Notes under the pieces: model-generated | What the model was told of the DNA's origin: nothing | The model's input: the letters and a program-made list of their open reading frames with translations, nothing else | The model's database searches: none | Shown here: positions 45,462 to 56,274 of the stretch, one piece after another | Layout of the letters: each line of letters begins with the position of its first letter | How positions within the stretch are numbered: position 1 is the first letter of the stretch | Translations under genes and position numbers: made by a program | From: Candidatus Thorarchaeota archaeon | Lineage (GTDB): Archaea; Asgardarchaeota; Thorarchaeia; Thorarchaeales; Thorarchaeaceae | DNA: 64,000 bases | Reading direction: 5' to 3' | Assembly (NCBI GenBank): GCA_019057475.1 | Contig: DXJO01000006.1 | Span: forward strand, 32,001-96,000

Positions 45462-45863
45462 ATGAATGGAGAAAAAGATTTAGAAATCCTCCTGCGCTCC
45501 ATGCGTCCAAAGCTCTCCGAAATCCAGTTTGTTTTCTGTAACATCTTGCGGGACAAGCTCACCACTCTGAAGATGGAGCCGCTATTTGTATTCAGGGAAG
45601 AAGAAGGCGCTACAATCATCATTGAAAAACGGCAAGCAGATTCAGAATCCTTGGACTACGAGGATGTCTGGTCCTGGATTGCACTAACTGTTCACTCCAG
45701 CCTTTCTGCCATTGGTTTTCTCGCGGCCATCACAGCCAAGCTATCTGAAAATCGCATCAGTGTGAACGTTGTATCAGCTTACTTCCACGACCATCTCTTT
45801 GTGCCCCAAGAAAAGGCACGCTTGGCGATGCAGGTGTTGGATGACCTCCAGAGACGTAAATAA
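45462..45863 (+). CDS. ACT-domain protein (DUF2241-like)
   Basis: GEKDLEILLRSMRP, FREEEG, VHSSLSAIG, AYFHDHLFVP. Confidence 0.8.
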   Translation: MNGEKDLEILLRSMRPKLSEIQFVFCNILRDKLTTLKMEPLFVFREEEGATIIIEKRQADSESLDYEDVWSWIALTVHSSLSAIGFLAAITAKLSENRISVNVVSAYFHDHLFVPQEKARLAMQVLDDLQRRK

Positions 45864-45931
45864 CTAGGATTAGTAACACAGATATGCATAAAGAGCACAT
45901 TCAAGTTTGGGATTGAGGTGTTGGGTTCGTA

Positions 45932-46558
45932 TTGAGGCAAGGACGTTCGAGATTCATTCCATTCATAGTTCTTATTGTGATTCTTTTAGTCCCATGCTGC
46001 GCACAAGCTGGTGTTGCAGTGGACATCTGGCTCGATGAAGATGAACTCTACGAGATAGTCATTATGGCCAGCGTGGGTGATATAATCGCGGGGAACTACA
46101 CTGTTGTGGATGCGACCGGCAGTGCACCAATCATGCTGCTAGTTCTGGATTCCGAACACTTCTCGGATTGGGTGAATGGTTCAGTCTACGTGCCCCACGT
46201 ATACAGATATGGCATGTCGGGCGATTTTAGCTTTCCTGTCCCATATGCTGACACGTGGTATGTCGTGTTTTGGAATGATCCAGTCAATTCTGGAGCCAAA
46301 CATGTAGTCGGAAACGTTGACCACTTGATTGACGTTATAACAACCACAACCATCACAAACAGTCCCATTCCTATTGACATGGATGAGAGTCTTACGAGTC
46401 AGCTTTGGATTATCATTATTGGGGCACTAGGAGTGGTGGCGGCTGCGTTCATTGTGTTGATTTTGTTTATTCGACGGAGCGAGGACACAGAATACGTTTC
46501 GCGGTACGACCTGCCTAGGTCCGAAGGAGGCATCTTTCCATCGACAGACTCAGATTGA
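45932..46558 (+). CDS. Secreted beta-sandwich protein with C-terminal TM anchor
   Basis: Signal peptide, FSFPVPYADTWYVVFWN, Thr-rich linker, TM helix. Confidence 0.55.
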   Translation: MRQGRSRFIPFIVLIVILLVPCCAQAGVAVDIWLDEDELYEIVIMASVGDIIAGNYTVVDATGSAPIMLLVLDSEHFSDWVNGSVYVPHVYRYGMSGDFSFPVPYADTWYVVFWNDPVNSGAKHVVGNVDHLIDVITTTTITNSPIPIDMDESLTSQLWIIIIGALGVVAAAFIVLILFIRRSEDTEYVSRYDLPRSEGGIFPSTDSD

Positions 46559-47050
46559 AACGTCAGCTTTCTCAGCCCTCTTTCCACTTAAGTACTCAAT
46601 ATCGATTCTGCCGATGCCCAGTTTTTGAACTGCACTATCCTTGACCTTTGCTGCAATAACCTTTGAGGGATTATCTTCTAGGCACTCTATCATAACACGT
46701 AGTGCGTGTTTCTTTTCCACCAAGTCATCAATGAATGTGACTCTTCCCTTGAACTGAACGGCAGCGAAGATATGGTCACAGTCACCTTGGACATACCCTT
46801 TGTCAAGAAGAGCTTGACCCCAGACAACGCTGTTGGAATTCAGGATATCTATCTTCTTGCCCTCTTTAGCGCAGTGGAAGTAGATGCAATGGCGTTCTCG
46901 ATCGTAACCGTGGCTCAATGTGACAAGATATGGCTCGTTGTCTGAACACATAGCTATTGTCACGTATTGTACCGACTCGAGTATCTCAATCATCTCATTC
47001 CTATCAGTAATCGCCCTTTCTCTTCTTCTGATTTCTCGCAATAGATACAC
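46550..47050 (-). CDS. Pyridoxamine 5'-phosphate oxidase-like / NimA family flavin-binding protein
   Basis: RRRERAI, PYLVTLSHGY, IYFHCAKEGKK, LSGK. Confidence 0.8.
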   Translation of the reverse strand: MYLLREIRRRERAITDRNEMIEILESVQYVTIAMCSDNEPYLVTLSHGYDRERHCIYFHCAKEGKKIDILNSNSVVWGQALLDKGYVQGDCDHIFAAVQFKGRVTFIDDLVEKKHALRVMIECLEDNPSKVIAAKVKDSAVQKLGIGRIDIEYLSGKRAEKADVSI

Positions 47051-47188
47051 CCAGTACTAAGCTTGATTGAGGCCCTCGTAAGGTTCGAAGTGGTCATAAA
47101 GCTCGTGGCTATTACGCATGTGTGTCTTGCAGCTCCAAGTATTGCTCAGTTCGACGACATTCTGGTTTCAGTTGAATTGTCACACTGT

Positions 47189-47299
47189 TTATGGTGTGCG
47201 TGCTAGGTGAGCTTTATGCGGCAAAAAATAGTAAGCCACCGTCAATAGCAGCAAAGATTCCACAATCACGAACAGGGTTACAGTTTCCAAGAGCCACAT
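47189..47299 (-). CDS. Putative 36-aa single-pass membrane peptide
   Basis: MWLLETVTLFVIVESLLLLTVAYYFLPHKAHLARTP*; purine-rich GGAAGGT upstream. Confidence 0.35.
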   Translation of the reverse strand: MWLLETVTLFVIVESLLLLTVAYYFLPHKAHLARTP

Positions 47300-47544
47300 T
47301 TCCTAGACCTTCCATGTAATAGTTGTCCCGAGTGTAGAAAAGGTCTGAGCATATGCATCATATGAAGTGAAGGTTGAAGTGGTTAAAGCATTTGCTGCAT
47401 ATACGGATTTGTACTAGCATTAGCAGCAAGAGTGGAAGTCTAGTTGGGTTTCTCCAATTCGGGCATCACTCAATCAGGATAAGCTTCATAATGCTGTTTC
47501 CGCGAAAAGCGAATACGACACGTTAACTGCTGAAGTGATACGCG

Positions 47545-48357
47545 ATGGATATTGGAGCATCTTTCTATGCGGGTTGTGAGATACCATTCGATCAGTTCCT
47601 TAGCATGTGTAGTAACCTAGGTATGAGCTATGTTGAGATTCAGACTGAACATCCCTACACACCTTCCGAGATGAACAGGAAACATGTCAATGAAGTCAGG
47701 GAACTTGCGAACACCTGCGGTCTCAACATCATCCTTCATGGCTCCCTGTTCGACACAAATCTGTCTAGCCTCAAGGAATGCATTAGAAGGGCATCAGTGA
47801 AGTTCATGCAGGAATGTGTTGAGCTAGCTAGCAAGTTAGGTGCCAATTTGCTAGTTGTACACGCCGGCTCATTTCCCGGAGACTTTCCAAATAATCTGAT
47901 GAATAAAGCCCGCGATCAACTCCATAGCAGTTTCTCTGAATTAACCAAGGTCGCTATGAACTCTGGAGTGACAATCGGCGTAGAAAATAAGCAAAAATCT
48001 GAAGATCGAGAACTGGTTCTGTATCCAGATGAACACCTTGAGGTTGTTGAGGCATTTCGTGATCAAGGGGCTAGGGCAGTTCTAGACATCGGGCATGCTC
48101 ACACTGCTAATAGCGACCTGGCGAACTATACACACCTACTTAATGACCTGAATATCGAGTTGCACCTTCATGATAACAACGGGATTTCTGACGACCATCT
48201 CCTTCTTGGTGGAGGAAGCATTGACTTCGAAAGCTTCTTTGAGGTAGTCAGAAGCATTGGTTTTACTGGCCCGGCGATTCTTGAGTTAAAGAATAGACCT
48301 GACCTAGAGTCCAGTATGGGATTCCTCCGTAAGAATGGTATCCCATGTACGCGATGA
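47545..48357 (+). CDS. Sugar-phosphate isomerase/epimerase (xylose-isomerase-like TIM barrel)
   Basis: VVHAG, GVEN, LDIGHA, LHLHDNNG..DDHL..GGGSIDF, ILE. Confidence 0.85.
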   Translation: MDIGASFYAGCEIPFDQFLSMCSNLGMSYVEIQTEHPYTPSEMNRKHVNEVRELANTCGLNIILHGSLFDTNLSSLKECIRRASVKFMQECVELASKLGANLLVVHAGSFPGDFPNNLMNKARDQLHSSFSELTKVAMNSGVTIGVENKQKSEDRELVLYPDEHLEVVEAFRDQGARAVLDIGHAHTANSDLANYTHLLNDLNIELHLHDNNGISDDHLLLGGGSIDFESFFEVVRSIGFTGPAILELKNRPDLESSMGFLRKNGIPCTR

Positions 48358-48363
48358 CGGATG

Positions 48364-48621
48364 CTAGGCTTGCTTAGCTTTGCTGGCAGCCAAGCGCCAC
48401 ATCATAACACCATCAACGATACGGTAGACTGAGTGAACGAATGCGAAGAATATCACTCCGAGAAGGAACACTATCATCCCCCCGCCCGAAGGTCCAAAGT
48501 CTGGGCCCACATCAGTTAGGTAAATCAAGAGACCTAAGGCCGCCAGAAACTGAAGAAAAGCCAAGATGATTTGGAAGAGCAAGCGGATAATTGAAGCACT
48601 AGTTTCTTTCAAAGCGCTCAC
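48364..48621 (-). CDS. Small two-helix membrane protein
   Basis: 85 aa with two hydrophobic segments. Confidence 0.5.
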   Translation of the reverse strand: MSALKETSASIIRLLFQIILAFLQFLAALGLLIYLTDVGPDFGPSGGGMIVFLLGVIFFAFVHSVYRIVDGVMMWRLAASKAKQA

Positions 48622-48754
48622 CTGCGTGACTTACATTTCAGTATGTGATGTGGGCCTATAAGTTTAGTCAACAAATGAATTAAACATCACGAAACGCAGA
48701 ACAAGTGGCATTTTACAACGAACGTTTTTGAGGGGCCTATCTGGGTGATGGAGT

Positions 48755-49642
48755 CTAATCTTTCGTCTTGATGTAATATGCGCTGAAGATGATTATAGGT
48801 AACACTATGGTGAAGAATACGGCTAGAACAATATGTAATGGGTTCGAGAACGGATCCGGTTTGTACGTGGAAACTTCATACTGCGCCGCCCAGAATGTGA
48901 CGTAGTTATCGTCCAGTTCGCTGATTAGGAATTCCCATCGTATTGTTTCAGTTTCGTTTTCCACCATGAGATCTTCATAGTTTTCTGGTTCGAAACCGTG
49001 CTCCAACAGATTTGCATGGTTCGTCAAATCCATTTGGATAACTTGATGGGTATTTCCATCCCAGCTGCGCGCAGAACCTATACAGTAGGCGAATGTGAAG
49101 TTGTGAGCATTGGAATGAAGCGTGATGTCCGCCTCAACACTGACAACGAGCGTTGAGTTGGGAGGCATTTCAAGTGAGAATATTGCGAATTGATTGCTGC
49201 CGAGCCAAAGCCAATCCGACGCATCAAAATCATAGGTGTCCAAAAGGTCTGCCCACTCCATGACAGAGAAATCGATTTCAGAACCATTTATGCTGATCCC
49301 AAAAGACTTGAACTCCGCTTCCGGCTGGGAGCACAAGCCCCATTCACTTGGGTATACAAATGCGGTGGTGAAATTCTGTCCGGTAACGGTCTGCAGTAGG
49401 AACTGACAGGACACATTGATGATGTAACAGAAGCCATCTTCCACAACAATGCCTATGTCGACGTACGCTTCAGGCATTGAAACGTTTGAACCAAAGCATA
49501 AGCCCGAACCTATGTTCACTTGGTCAGAGACAGGAATTTCGATTACGATTGGGTCTGCTCTAACATGTAGACCTTCAACTGCTATTTGAAACTGGAAGAA
49601 AAGGGCCCAGAGAACTATTGCAGCAATGCAATGCCGTTTCAC
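48755..49642 (-). CDS. Secreted, membrane-anchored hypothetical protein
   Basis: Signal peptide, acidic beta-rich body, YCIGSARSWDG, C-terminal TM helix; GGTGG RBS. Confidence 0.6.
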   Translation of the reverse strand: MKRHCIAAIVLWALFFQFQIAVEGLHVRADPIVIEIPVSDQVNIGSGLCFGSNVSMPEAYVDIGIVVEDGFCYIINVSCQFLLQTVTGQNFTTAFVYPSEWGLCSQPEAEFKSFGISINGSEIDFSVMEWADLLDTYDFDASDWLWLGSNQFAIFSLEMPPNSTLVVSVEADITLHSNAHNFTFAYCIGSARSWDGNTHQVIQMDLTNHANLLEHGFEPENYEDLMVENETETIRWEFLISELDDNYVTFWAAQYEVSTYKPDPFSNPLHIVLAVFFTIVLPIIIFSAYYIKTKD

Positions 49643-49708
49643 CAGATTTGCCCACCCTTACGAGATGGTTATGTCCACACTGGCTTATCAGCGTTATTGT
49701 GTCTTGGC

Positions 49709-52700
49709 TCACATCATTTCGCTGGGCAGCTTCTGATTCCTGTGTGTTGTCTTCGGGAACCACATCAAGATGCCTGCTCCTCTACCCGGTTGCCCAGGCA
49801 CTCTATCGTAAGCCTCAATTCTTCCGCCATATTTTTCCACAATGTGTTTGGCTTGATGAAGTCCCACACCTCCAAACCGTCGTGAGGTGTCGAATAGCTT
49901 TGGCTTGAGCCTCGTTGAGATTCCGGGACCATTATCTTCGATGTTCACTTCGTATCCGTTCCCACTTTCGGACATGTTAATCCAGACTTTCTTTATGTCG
50001 TGTGGGTTTTTTTCGATCGCGTTGTCAATCACGTTATTGAATATGTGCTCAAGGAATTTATCAGCTTGAATGGTTGCTTCGGTTGCCCGAATGTCTGAAA
50101 CGAATTTCACATCCTTGTGCTTAGATGTCATCGTTTCAACGGTTTTCCGGAGGACATCGTCTAGAAGCCTTGGGCTAAGCGGTACAACCATCAGGTCTTC
50201 AGTAATCTTGACCTTGGTAATTATTTTTGCACATTTCTCAGCTGACTCCAGGATTTGATCCAGTTGTTCAGATACTCCGGGTCCTCCTGCTGTATGTCTA
50301 AGAAGCGCGGCTCCACCAAGTATTGCTTGCATTTGATTCGTGATATCGTGACCCAGTATATCGAGGTATAGATTGGACCTTTCGTTGGCCGTTCGAATGT
50401 TCATTTCGGCCTTCTTGCGGTCAGTTACATCAACGAAAGCTGCTTGGACTGCAGGTTCCCCTGCGTAGGTTACTTTTCCGGCTGTAAGTTCAAACCACAG
50501 CAGTTCCCCGTCTTTTCGGGTTACTCGTGCTTCGAAGTGGTCAGGAGTCGACCGCCCTTCAAGGATGTCTCTGAATCGCTGGAAAATCGTTGCTCTGTCT
50601 TCATAATGCACAATATGTTCAAGCTCAGAAGGCTGCAAATTCAAAAGCTCACCGACCGAGTAACCAAAAGTGTTGGCAAGAGCTGGATTCGCAAAGGATA
50701 ATCTGAATGGATCTCCCTGTAGTATGGCAATGCCTTGGAGGGAGCTATCTACTAGCATGCGATATTTCTCTTCGCTCTCCCTTAGAGCCATAATGGCTTC
50801 AGTCTTCTCGGTGATGTCCAAAATTTGCGACAGATATCCCACCAAGGAACCATCCTTTTTCAAGCCCAATGGCACTATGTTGACATCAAGGTATGCGGTG
50901 CCCCGTCTTGATGTTTTGTATTGTCCTACTTCTGCTACCTTGCCATAATCGAAGTCAACCTCATGCCTGACGGATTCACCTCGTCGAATCTTTTCCTTTA
51001 ACATTGAGGGGAGATTCGGGTCATCGAATAAGTTAAATTCACGCAAGTCGTCAAGGCTTGATACTCCCCACAGCTCGAATACTGCTCTGTTGGCATCCAC
51101 AAGATAACCATCGGCATCAAACAATTCGATGCCTATTGGTGATTGCTCAAACATCTGCCGAAACTTCTCTTCACTAGCCTTGAGGGCCTCTTCTGCTTTT
51201 CTACGCTCTGTGAGATCCGAATAGGCCACAACCATCATTTCAGGGAGAGCGCGAAATGCAGTAACCTGAAATGCACTCTTCACTTCGTCATTTTCCTGAA
51301 TGACATCCTCAGTCAGCCACGTACTCCCATTCCTGATGACATTCTGGAGATGTGAGATAATCTCAGAGCCTGGCGGGTCGGGAACCACATCCTTGATTTT
51401 CTTACCGACGAAATCAGCGTCATCCATGCTGAACATGTGCCTTCCGGCAGGATTGACCTCGGAGAGAATTAAGTCGCCGTCTTCATCAAGTCGAAGAAGG
51501 TGCATTCCCAGCGGGATTGATTCGAATATACTTCTGAACTTCGCTTCGGATTCCCTTAACGCATCCTCCGCTCGAATACGTTCAGCTATATTCCGGGCGA
51601 CGCCGATGATTCCTATTGGTGTTCCATCATCATCTCTCAGAAATGAGCGATTTACCTCCATCACGATTCGGCGCCCATTCTTGTGGTAGAGCTCCAATCG
51701 AAGAGCGACGTTGGAATCATATTCGAGGTTCTCCGGCACTGCAGCCATCGCTTCGACAAGTGTTCTTTTTGCTAGCAGCATTGACTCTGGAGTCATTATG
51801 TCTTCAAGGGATTTGCCAACTATCTCACTAACAGTGTAGCCGAGGTGTTCCTCTACTGAAGGTGTGACAAATGTCATTATCAAATTCAAGTCTGTAATCC
51901 AGATTATATCCTTAACATGCTCCGCAAGCAGACGATATCGTGTTTCGCTTTCACGCAGATCCTCTTCCGCAAGGCGGCGGTCAGTTATGTCTCGTACGTA
52001 CCCGATGATTCCTGTAACTTCTCCCGTTTCTCTGTCTCTTAATGGGAACGAATGAAGATCCAGCCATCCAATTTCTTTGCCGCTGGCATCCCTCCTCGGT
52101 ACAATTCCGGAAGCGGCCTTACCTGTTTTCAGTGTTATTGCTGCTGGACATTTCTCGCACGGAGCGGAGCCCCCATGCGCTTCATAGCACTTCTTGCCAA
52201 CCAATGGCATCGCGTGGGCGTACCATTGCTCCATTGTTGGATTAACGCGGAGAATCATTCTGTCCGAATCGAGGATGTTGATGCCATCTTGGATGCTGCT
52301 GAACACACTGGACAGGAAGCGCTCGTTTTCCCGTAGCGCATCTTCAATATGACGAATCTCAGTTATGTCTGTGATGACTGCGTAGGAGCCCATATGCAAG
52401 CCATTCTCGCCAACAAGCGGAGCGCCTGACACAATGGTTGGAACCAGTTTGCCATTCTTTGATGACCATTCAAGCTCGTATTGCGAAGGAAGTCCCTTGG
52501 TCCTCTTTCTGACATTGTCATCTAGAATCGCACGGTTCTTCTCATCTACGAAGCTCACAAGTGAATGGCCTACCATCTCGTTAGGTTCATACCCCAACAT
52601 GGATGCCCAACGTGCGTTGACATAGGTTAGTCTACCACCTTTATCGATAACCCCGAAACCATCATTCATACTGTCAACAAGAGCTCTATACCGAATCGAT

Positions 52701-52759
52701 TCTTCTTCAAGACTAGCGATTCGCTCTTCGTGGGGTACATCAGGAAGTTCGCCTGGCAT
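49709..52759 (-). CDS. Multi-PAS cytoplasmic histidine kinase
   Basis: About six PAS/PAC units joined by ALRESExxYR linkers; GHDITNQM, DNAIE, DNGPGI. Confidence 0.88.
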   Translation of the reverse strand: MPGELPDVPHEERIASLEEESIRYRALVDSMNDGFGVIDKGGRLTYVNARWASMLGYEPNEMVGHSLVSFVDEKNRAILDDNVRKRTKGLPSQYELEWSSKNGKLVPTIVSGAPLVGENGLHMGSYAVITDITEIRHIEDALRENERFLSSVFSSIQDGINILDSDRMILRVNPTMEQWYAHAMPLVGKKCYEAHGGSAPCEKCPAAITLKTGKAASGIVPRRDASGKEIGWLDLHSFPLRDRETGEVTGIIGYVRDITDRRLAEEDLRESETRYRLLAEHVKDIIWITDLNLIMTFVTPSVEEHLGYTVSEIVGKSLEDIMTPESMLLAKRTLVEAMAAVPENLEYDSNVALRLELYHKNGRRIVMEVNRSFLRDDDGTPIGIIGVARNIAERIRAEDALRESEAKFRSIFESIPLGMHLLRLDEDGDLILSEVNPAGRHMFSMDDADFVGKKIKDVVPDPPGSEIISHLQNVIRNGSTWLTEDVIQENDEVKSAFQVTAFRALPEMMVVAYSDLTERRKAEEALKASEEKFRQMFEQSPIGIELFDADGYLVDANRAVFELWGVSSLDDLREFNLFDDPNLPSMLKEKIRRGESVRHEVDFDYGKVAEVGQYKTSRRGTAYLDVNIVPLGLKKDGSLVGYLSQILDITEKTEAIMALRESEEKYRMLVDSSLQGIAILQGDPFRLSFANPALANTFGYSVGELLNLQPSELEHIVHYEDRATIFQRFRDILEGRSTPDHFEARVTRKDGELLWFELTAGKVTYAGEPAVQAAFVDVTDRKKAEMNIRTANERSNLYLDILGHDITNQMQAILGGAALLRHTAGGPGVSEQLDQILESAEKCAKIITKVKITEDLMVVPLSPRLLDDVLRKTVETMTSKHKDVKFVSDIRATEATIQADKFLEHIFNNVIDNAIEKNPHDIKKVWINMSESGNGYEVNIEDNGPGISTRLKPKLFDTSRRFGGVGLHQAKHIVEKYGGRIEAYDRVPGQPGRGAGILMWFPKTTHRNQKLPSEMM

Positions 52760-52902
52760 TTCATCTCAACCTAGTACTGCCTAAGGGCTCCAAGATGTCT
52801 GAGAATACCATGTGATATAGCTTTGTCGGGTGTCTTGACTAGCATCATTGATACACTGTTCAATCTTATCTTCTAGCCGGCTGAAAGATGATGCGAGCTG
52901 CT

Positions 52903-54786
52903 TCATTGCTCTTCTAATTTAGGGATAGTCAACTTGAATGTCGTCTTCTCCGAGGGCTCAAGTGTGATCTTCCATCTATGAGCATCTACTATTTTCTTGA
53001 CAATTGTGAGTCCCATACCGCCCCCCTCCTTCGTTGTGAAGCCGCGGTCAAAGACCTTTTCGCGCTCCTTCTCAGCAATGGTTGTTCCATCGTTGGAGAA
53101 CAATAATGAAATGCTCCCTTCCCCTTTCTCTGCCTTGACTTCAATCACATTCGGCTTTCCGTGCTGTATTGCGTTTGCAAGGAGGTTCTGTACCACTTGT
53201 TTCATCTTCTCACGGTCACAGCTGACCACCGGCAGCTTCTGCTGCTTGAATCGAATGCTTTTGGGCACAACAGTTGCTGCAACTTCAGCAACGAGCTTGT
53301 CGAGATCAACCGGATGGGTTTCTCCAATCACTTGACCTGCATCAGCGAGAGTAATGGATTGTTCAAGCATGGTAACTATACCCCTGGTCAAGTTCGTTAT
53401 CTCTTGAGCACGTGACTGATCATATTCTTCTTCAAGCAGGTTTGCGTATCCTATGATTGCATGTAACGAGCCTCTAAGGTCGTGACCCATAGCATGTGCG
53501 AATTCGCTGAGCTCTTGCTTTTGCTTTAGGAGTATAGCTTGGGATTTTACTCTCTCAGTGAGATCCTCCATGAAAAGCAAAACTCTCGATAGGGTTTCCT
53601 CATAACCTGGCGGAACGATGAGCTGCACGAGTAAATGTTTATTCTCGCCGGACAGATTCAGCATTGTTGCCTCTTTCGCGAAGTATTGCGCCCTCCCAGT
53701 GATCGCAACTATCTCTTCCCGAAACATGTCTAGTGCGTCTTCGAGAATTATGTCACTTAAACTCCCAAGAAGATGAGCTTTGCTTCTTACATTATGCAAG
53801 TCAATCGTGGCTTGATTCACGTCAATCAGTTTCACAAGCTTTGCACACTTGGTGACTTCATCGGGATTTTCCAGGAAGAATTTATTGATGTCCTCGATTC
53901 CGGACGCCTGAAGATCATTAACATACTTCTTGACTTCTGAGAAGTCCTCTATCCATATTGATACTGGTGAGTTTTGGAATATGCTTCGATAGCTACTCTC
54001 ACTCTCCTTGAGGGCCTGTTCTATCTTCCTCGTTTCAGTGATGTCCCTTGTAACGAAGACTGTGCTCTCACCATCCTGATGCAGGTCTATCCCGCAAGAG
54101 AACCAGCGCTTATCGTCGCCCATAGGCATAGAGTACTCTGTGTTTGTGTGCTTTCCAGTTTTTCGCACTTCAGCCGATAGACGTGTCAGCATTTCGGCGG
54201 CCCTAGGAGGCACGATTTCCTTGATGTTGCGTCCTAAGAACGCATCTGGTTTGGCAGGGAATTCTACAGAGCCAGAGGGATAGAATTCTACGAATACATC
54301 ATCTTTACTTAGCACGAATATCGTATCGTTTAGCGATTGAACGAGGGTGCGATGCCTTTCTTCACTCTCTTTGAGGGTCTTTTCTGCGACGACCTGTTCT
54401 GTTATTTCTCTGGACACTTCCACTACTCCGATTGAAGTGCCGTCGTCATCGCGCACCGGATAGCCTCTGACGAGCCACACCCGACCATCTGGGGTTCGCA
54501 TTTCCTTATGATGACTCTCCCCGGTTTCAAACGCCTTGATGACTGGACAGGAATCACATGGTCTCTCGGTGCCATACCAAACCTCGTAGCATCTTTTTCC
54601 CACGAGTTCTTCTTGAGCTAGTTTGACTGCCTCTGCAGATGCTTTGTTGGCCCACGTGATTCGCATGTCTAAGTTTTGGTAGTACATTACATGCTCCGCG
54701 ATGCTATCGAGTATCGCGGTTCTTGCTTTCTCGATCTCTCTAAAGCTGTCCCCCATCATTCTTCTTTCTCCAAAGCTGTCTTCCAC
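52903..54786 (-). CDS. PAS-domain histidine kinase
   Basis: Three PAS domains, HDLRGSL, NLLANAIQHG, FTTKEGGGMGL. Confidence 0.88.
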   Translation of the reverse strand: MEDSFGERRMMGDSFREIEKARTAILDSIAEHVMYYQNLDMRITWANKASAEAVKLAQEELVGKRCYEVWYGTERPCDSCPVIKAFETGESHHKEMRTPDGRVWLVRGYPVRDDDGTSIGVVEVSREITEQVVAEKTLKESEERHRTLVQSLNDTIFVLSKDDVFVEFYPSGSVEFPAKPDAFLGRNIKEIVPPRAAEMLTRLSAEVRKTGKHTNTEYSMPMGDDKRWFSCGIDLHQDGESTVFVTRDITETRKIEQALKESESSYRSIFQNSPVSIWIEDFSEVKKYVNDLQASGIEDINKFFLENPDEVTKCAKLVKLIDVNQATIDLHNVRSKAHLLGSLSDIILEDALDMFREEIVAITGRAQYFAKEATMLNLSGENKHLLVQLIVPPGYEETLSRVLLFMEDLTERVKSQAILLKQKQELSEFAHAMGHDLRGSLHAIIGYANLLEEEYDQSRAQEITNLTRGIVTMLEQSITLADAGQVIGETHPVDLDKLVAEVAATVVPKSIRFKQQKLPVVSCDREKMKQVVQNLLANAIQHGKPNVIEVKAEKGEGSISLLFSNDGTTIAEKEREKVFDRGFTTKEGGGMGLTIVKKIVDAHRWKITLEPSEKTTFKLTIPKLEEQ

Positions 54787-55059
54787 CGTTTTTCTTCCCG
54801 AAATGCATCGTTATCATCAAGGAGGAGGAGTTGTATCGTCTTCTTCACGCCCGTCAACGCCAAAACAAGGCAGGCTCTGCATATATCATTAGCGCACTTG
54901 TACTGACCAATTAGTTGCCAATGTAGAACGTGGATACAGGTGTGGCACAGGACAGATAGATTCGGCAATCTCTCTACTCTTCTCTTGTTCATTGGGGGCG
55001 ACATTTCAACACGGCAATTGCCAAAGGTCTTTGTGTGAGTTGTTGGTCGGGTTATCTAG

Positions 55060-56160
55060 TTGCAGCGCTGGATTATGCACGTAGACATGGATGCGTACTT
55101 CGCTTCCGTCGAACAGTACAGAAATCACCCCGAACTCCAGGGGCTGCCTGTATGTGTAGGTCATAATCCAAAGGGAGGCAAAGGCCGCGGAGTTGTTCGA
55201 GCCGCCTCGTATGAGGCAAGAAATCATGGCATACGGGCTGGAATGCCAGTTTCTAGGGCTTACGGGCTGTGTCCAGATGCAGTCTTTGTACGTGGTGACT
55301 TCCAAAGCTATGTGAGTGCTTCAGACGAGTTCATGGCAGTTCTCCGTGAATTCGCAGACGAGGGAAGGGTCCGACGAGCCAGTATCGATGAGGCCTACAT
55401 TGAGGTCACCTTCAAATGTCAAGGGTATGAACATCCAAGGGAACTCGCACTTGAGATTCAGACAACCATCAAGGACTCCACCAAGCTGCCTTGCTCGGTA
55501 GGCATCGCGCCCAACATGTCAGTAGCCAAGATTGCGACAGGTATGAACAAACCTATGGGAATCACCTTCGTTCCTCAAGACCCATTGGATGTTGTCCGTT
55601 TCCTAGCTCCACTCCCAGTGGATGCATTAAATGGTGTAGGCAAGGTTACAGCCCAGCGTCTCCTACGATATGACATAGAATCTCTTGGACAAATACAGCA
55701 GATGAGCGTGACAGAGCTTTGGCCGATTATGGGAAAAGGCTCGAGATGGTTGTATAGACGCGCATCTGGAATTGACGAGCGCCCTCTTGTTGACAACGGG
55801 CCTCGAGTCCGCAAGTCGATTAGCAAGGACCGAACTTTCCTTGAAGATGTAGAACCGGAGGCCGTGAATTACCTTCATGAAACGATGTCCAAGATTTGTG
55901 AACGAATAGCTGAGAAAGTGAAGAAGAAAGCGCTACAGTACAGAACAGTGACCGTGAAGCTACGCTACGCCGACTATACAACCATTCAACGCAGCCGAAC
56001 CTTGCCAGTATCTACAGGTGATGCTGACATGTTGAAACGGATAGCTCAGGAAATCTTTGACCAAAAGCGTGATCCAGATAGAGCTGTACGACTCCTTGGC
56101 GTGAAAGTGTCAGGTTTGAGCGAGAACTCAGCGCAGATGTGCCTTACTAATTTCTTGTGA
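55060..56160 (+). CDS. dinB: DNA polymerase IV (Y family)
   Basis: HVDMDAYFASVE, ASYEAR, ASIDEAY, SVGIAPN..AKIA...KPMG, VRLLGV. Confidence 0.93.
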   Translation: MQRWIMHVDMDAYFASVEQYRNHPELQGLPVCVGHNPKGGKGRGVVRAASYEARNHGIRAGMPVSRAYGLCPDAVFVRGDFQSYVSASDEFMAVLREFADEGRVRRASIDEAYIEVTFKCQGYEHPRELALEIQTTIKDSTKLPCSVGIAPNMSVAKIATGMNKPMGITFVPQDPLDVVRFLAPLPVDALNGVGKVTAQRLLRYDIESLGQIQQMSVTELWPIMGKGSRWLYRRASGIDERPLVDNGPRVRKSISKDRTFLEDVEPEAVNYLHETMSKICERIAEKVKKKALQYRTVTVKLRYADYTTIQRSRTLPVSTGDADMLKRIAQEIFDQKRDPDRAVRLLGVKVSGLSENSAQMCLTNFL

Positions 56161-56213
56161 CACACGCGATGGCATCAGCTGAACTGAGAAGTGATGCTTC
56201 AGGGAATCTGCGG

Positions 56214-56255
56214 AGAAAAAAGAGAAGTCAGCAGTCAGAAACATTCTGACCGCTG
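56214..56255 (-). terminator. Hairpin plus T-tract between convergent dinB and hppA
   Basis: CAGC-A-GTCAGAA-ACA-TTCTGAC-C-GCTG flanked by AGAAAAAAGAGAAG (pyrimidine/T-rich on minus strand). Confidence 0.5.
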
Positions 56256-56274
56256 TAGCTTCGTACGGTTCTGT

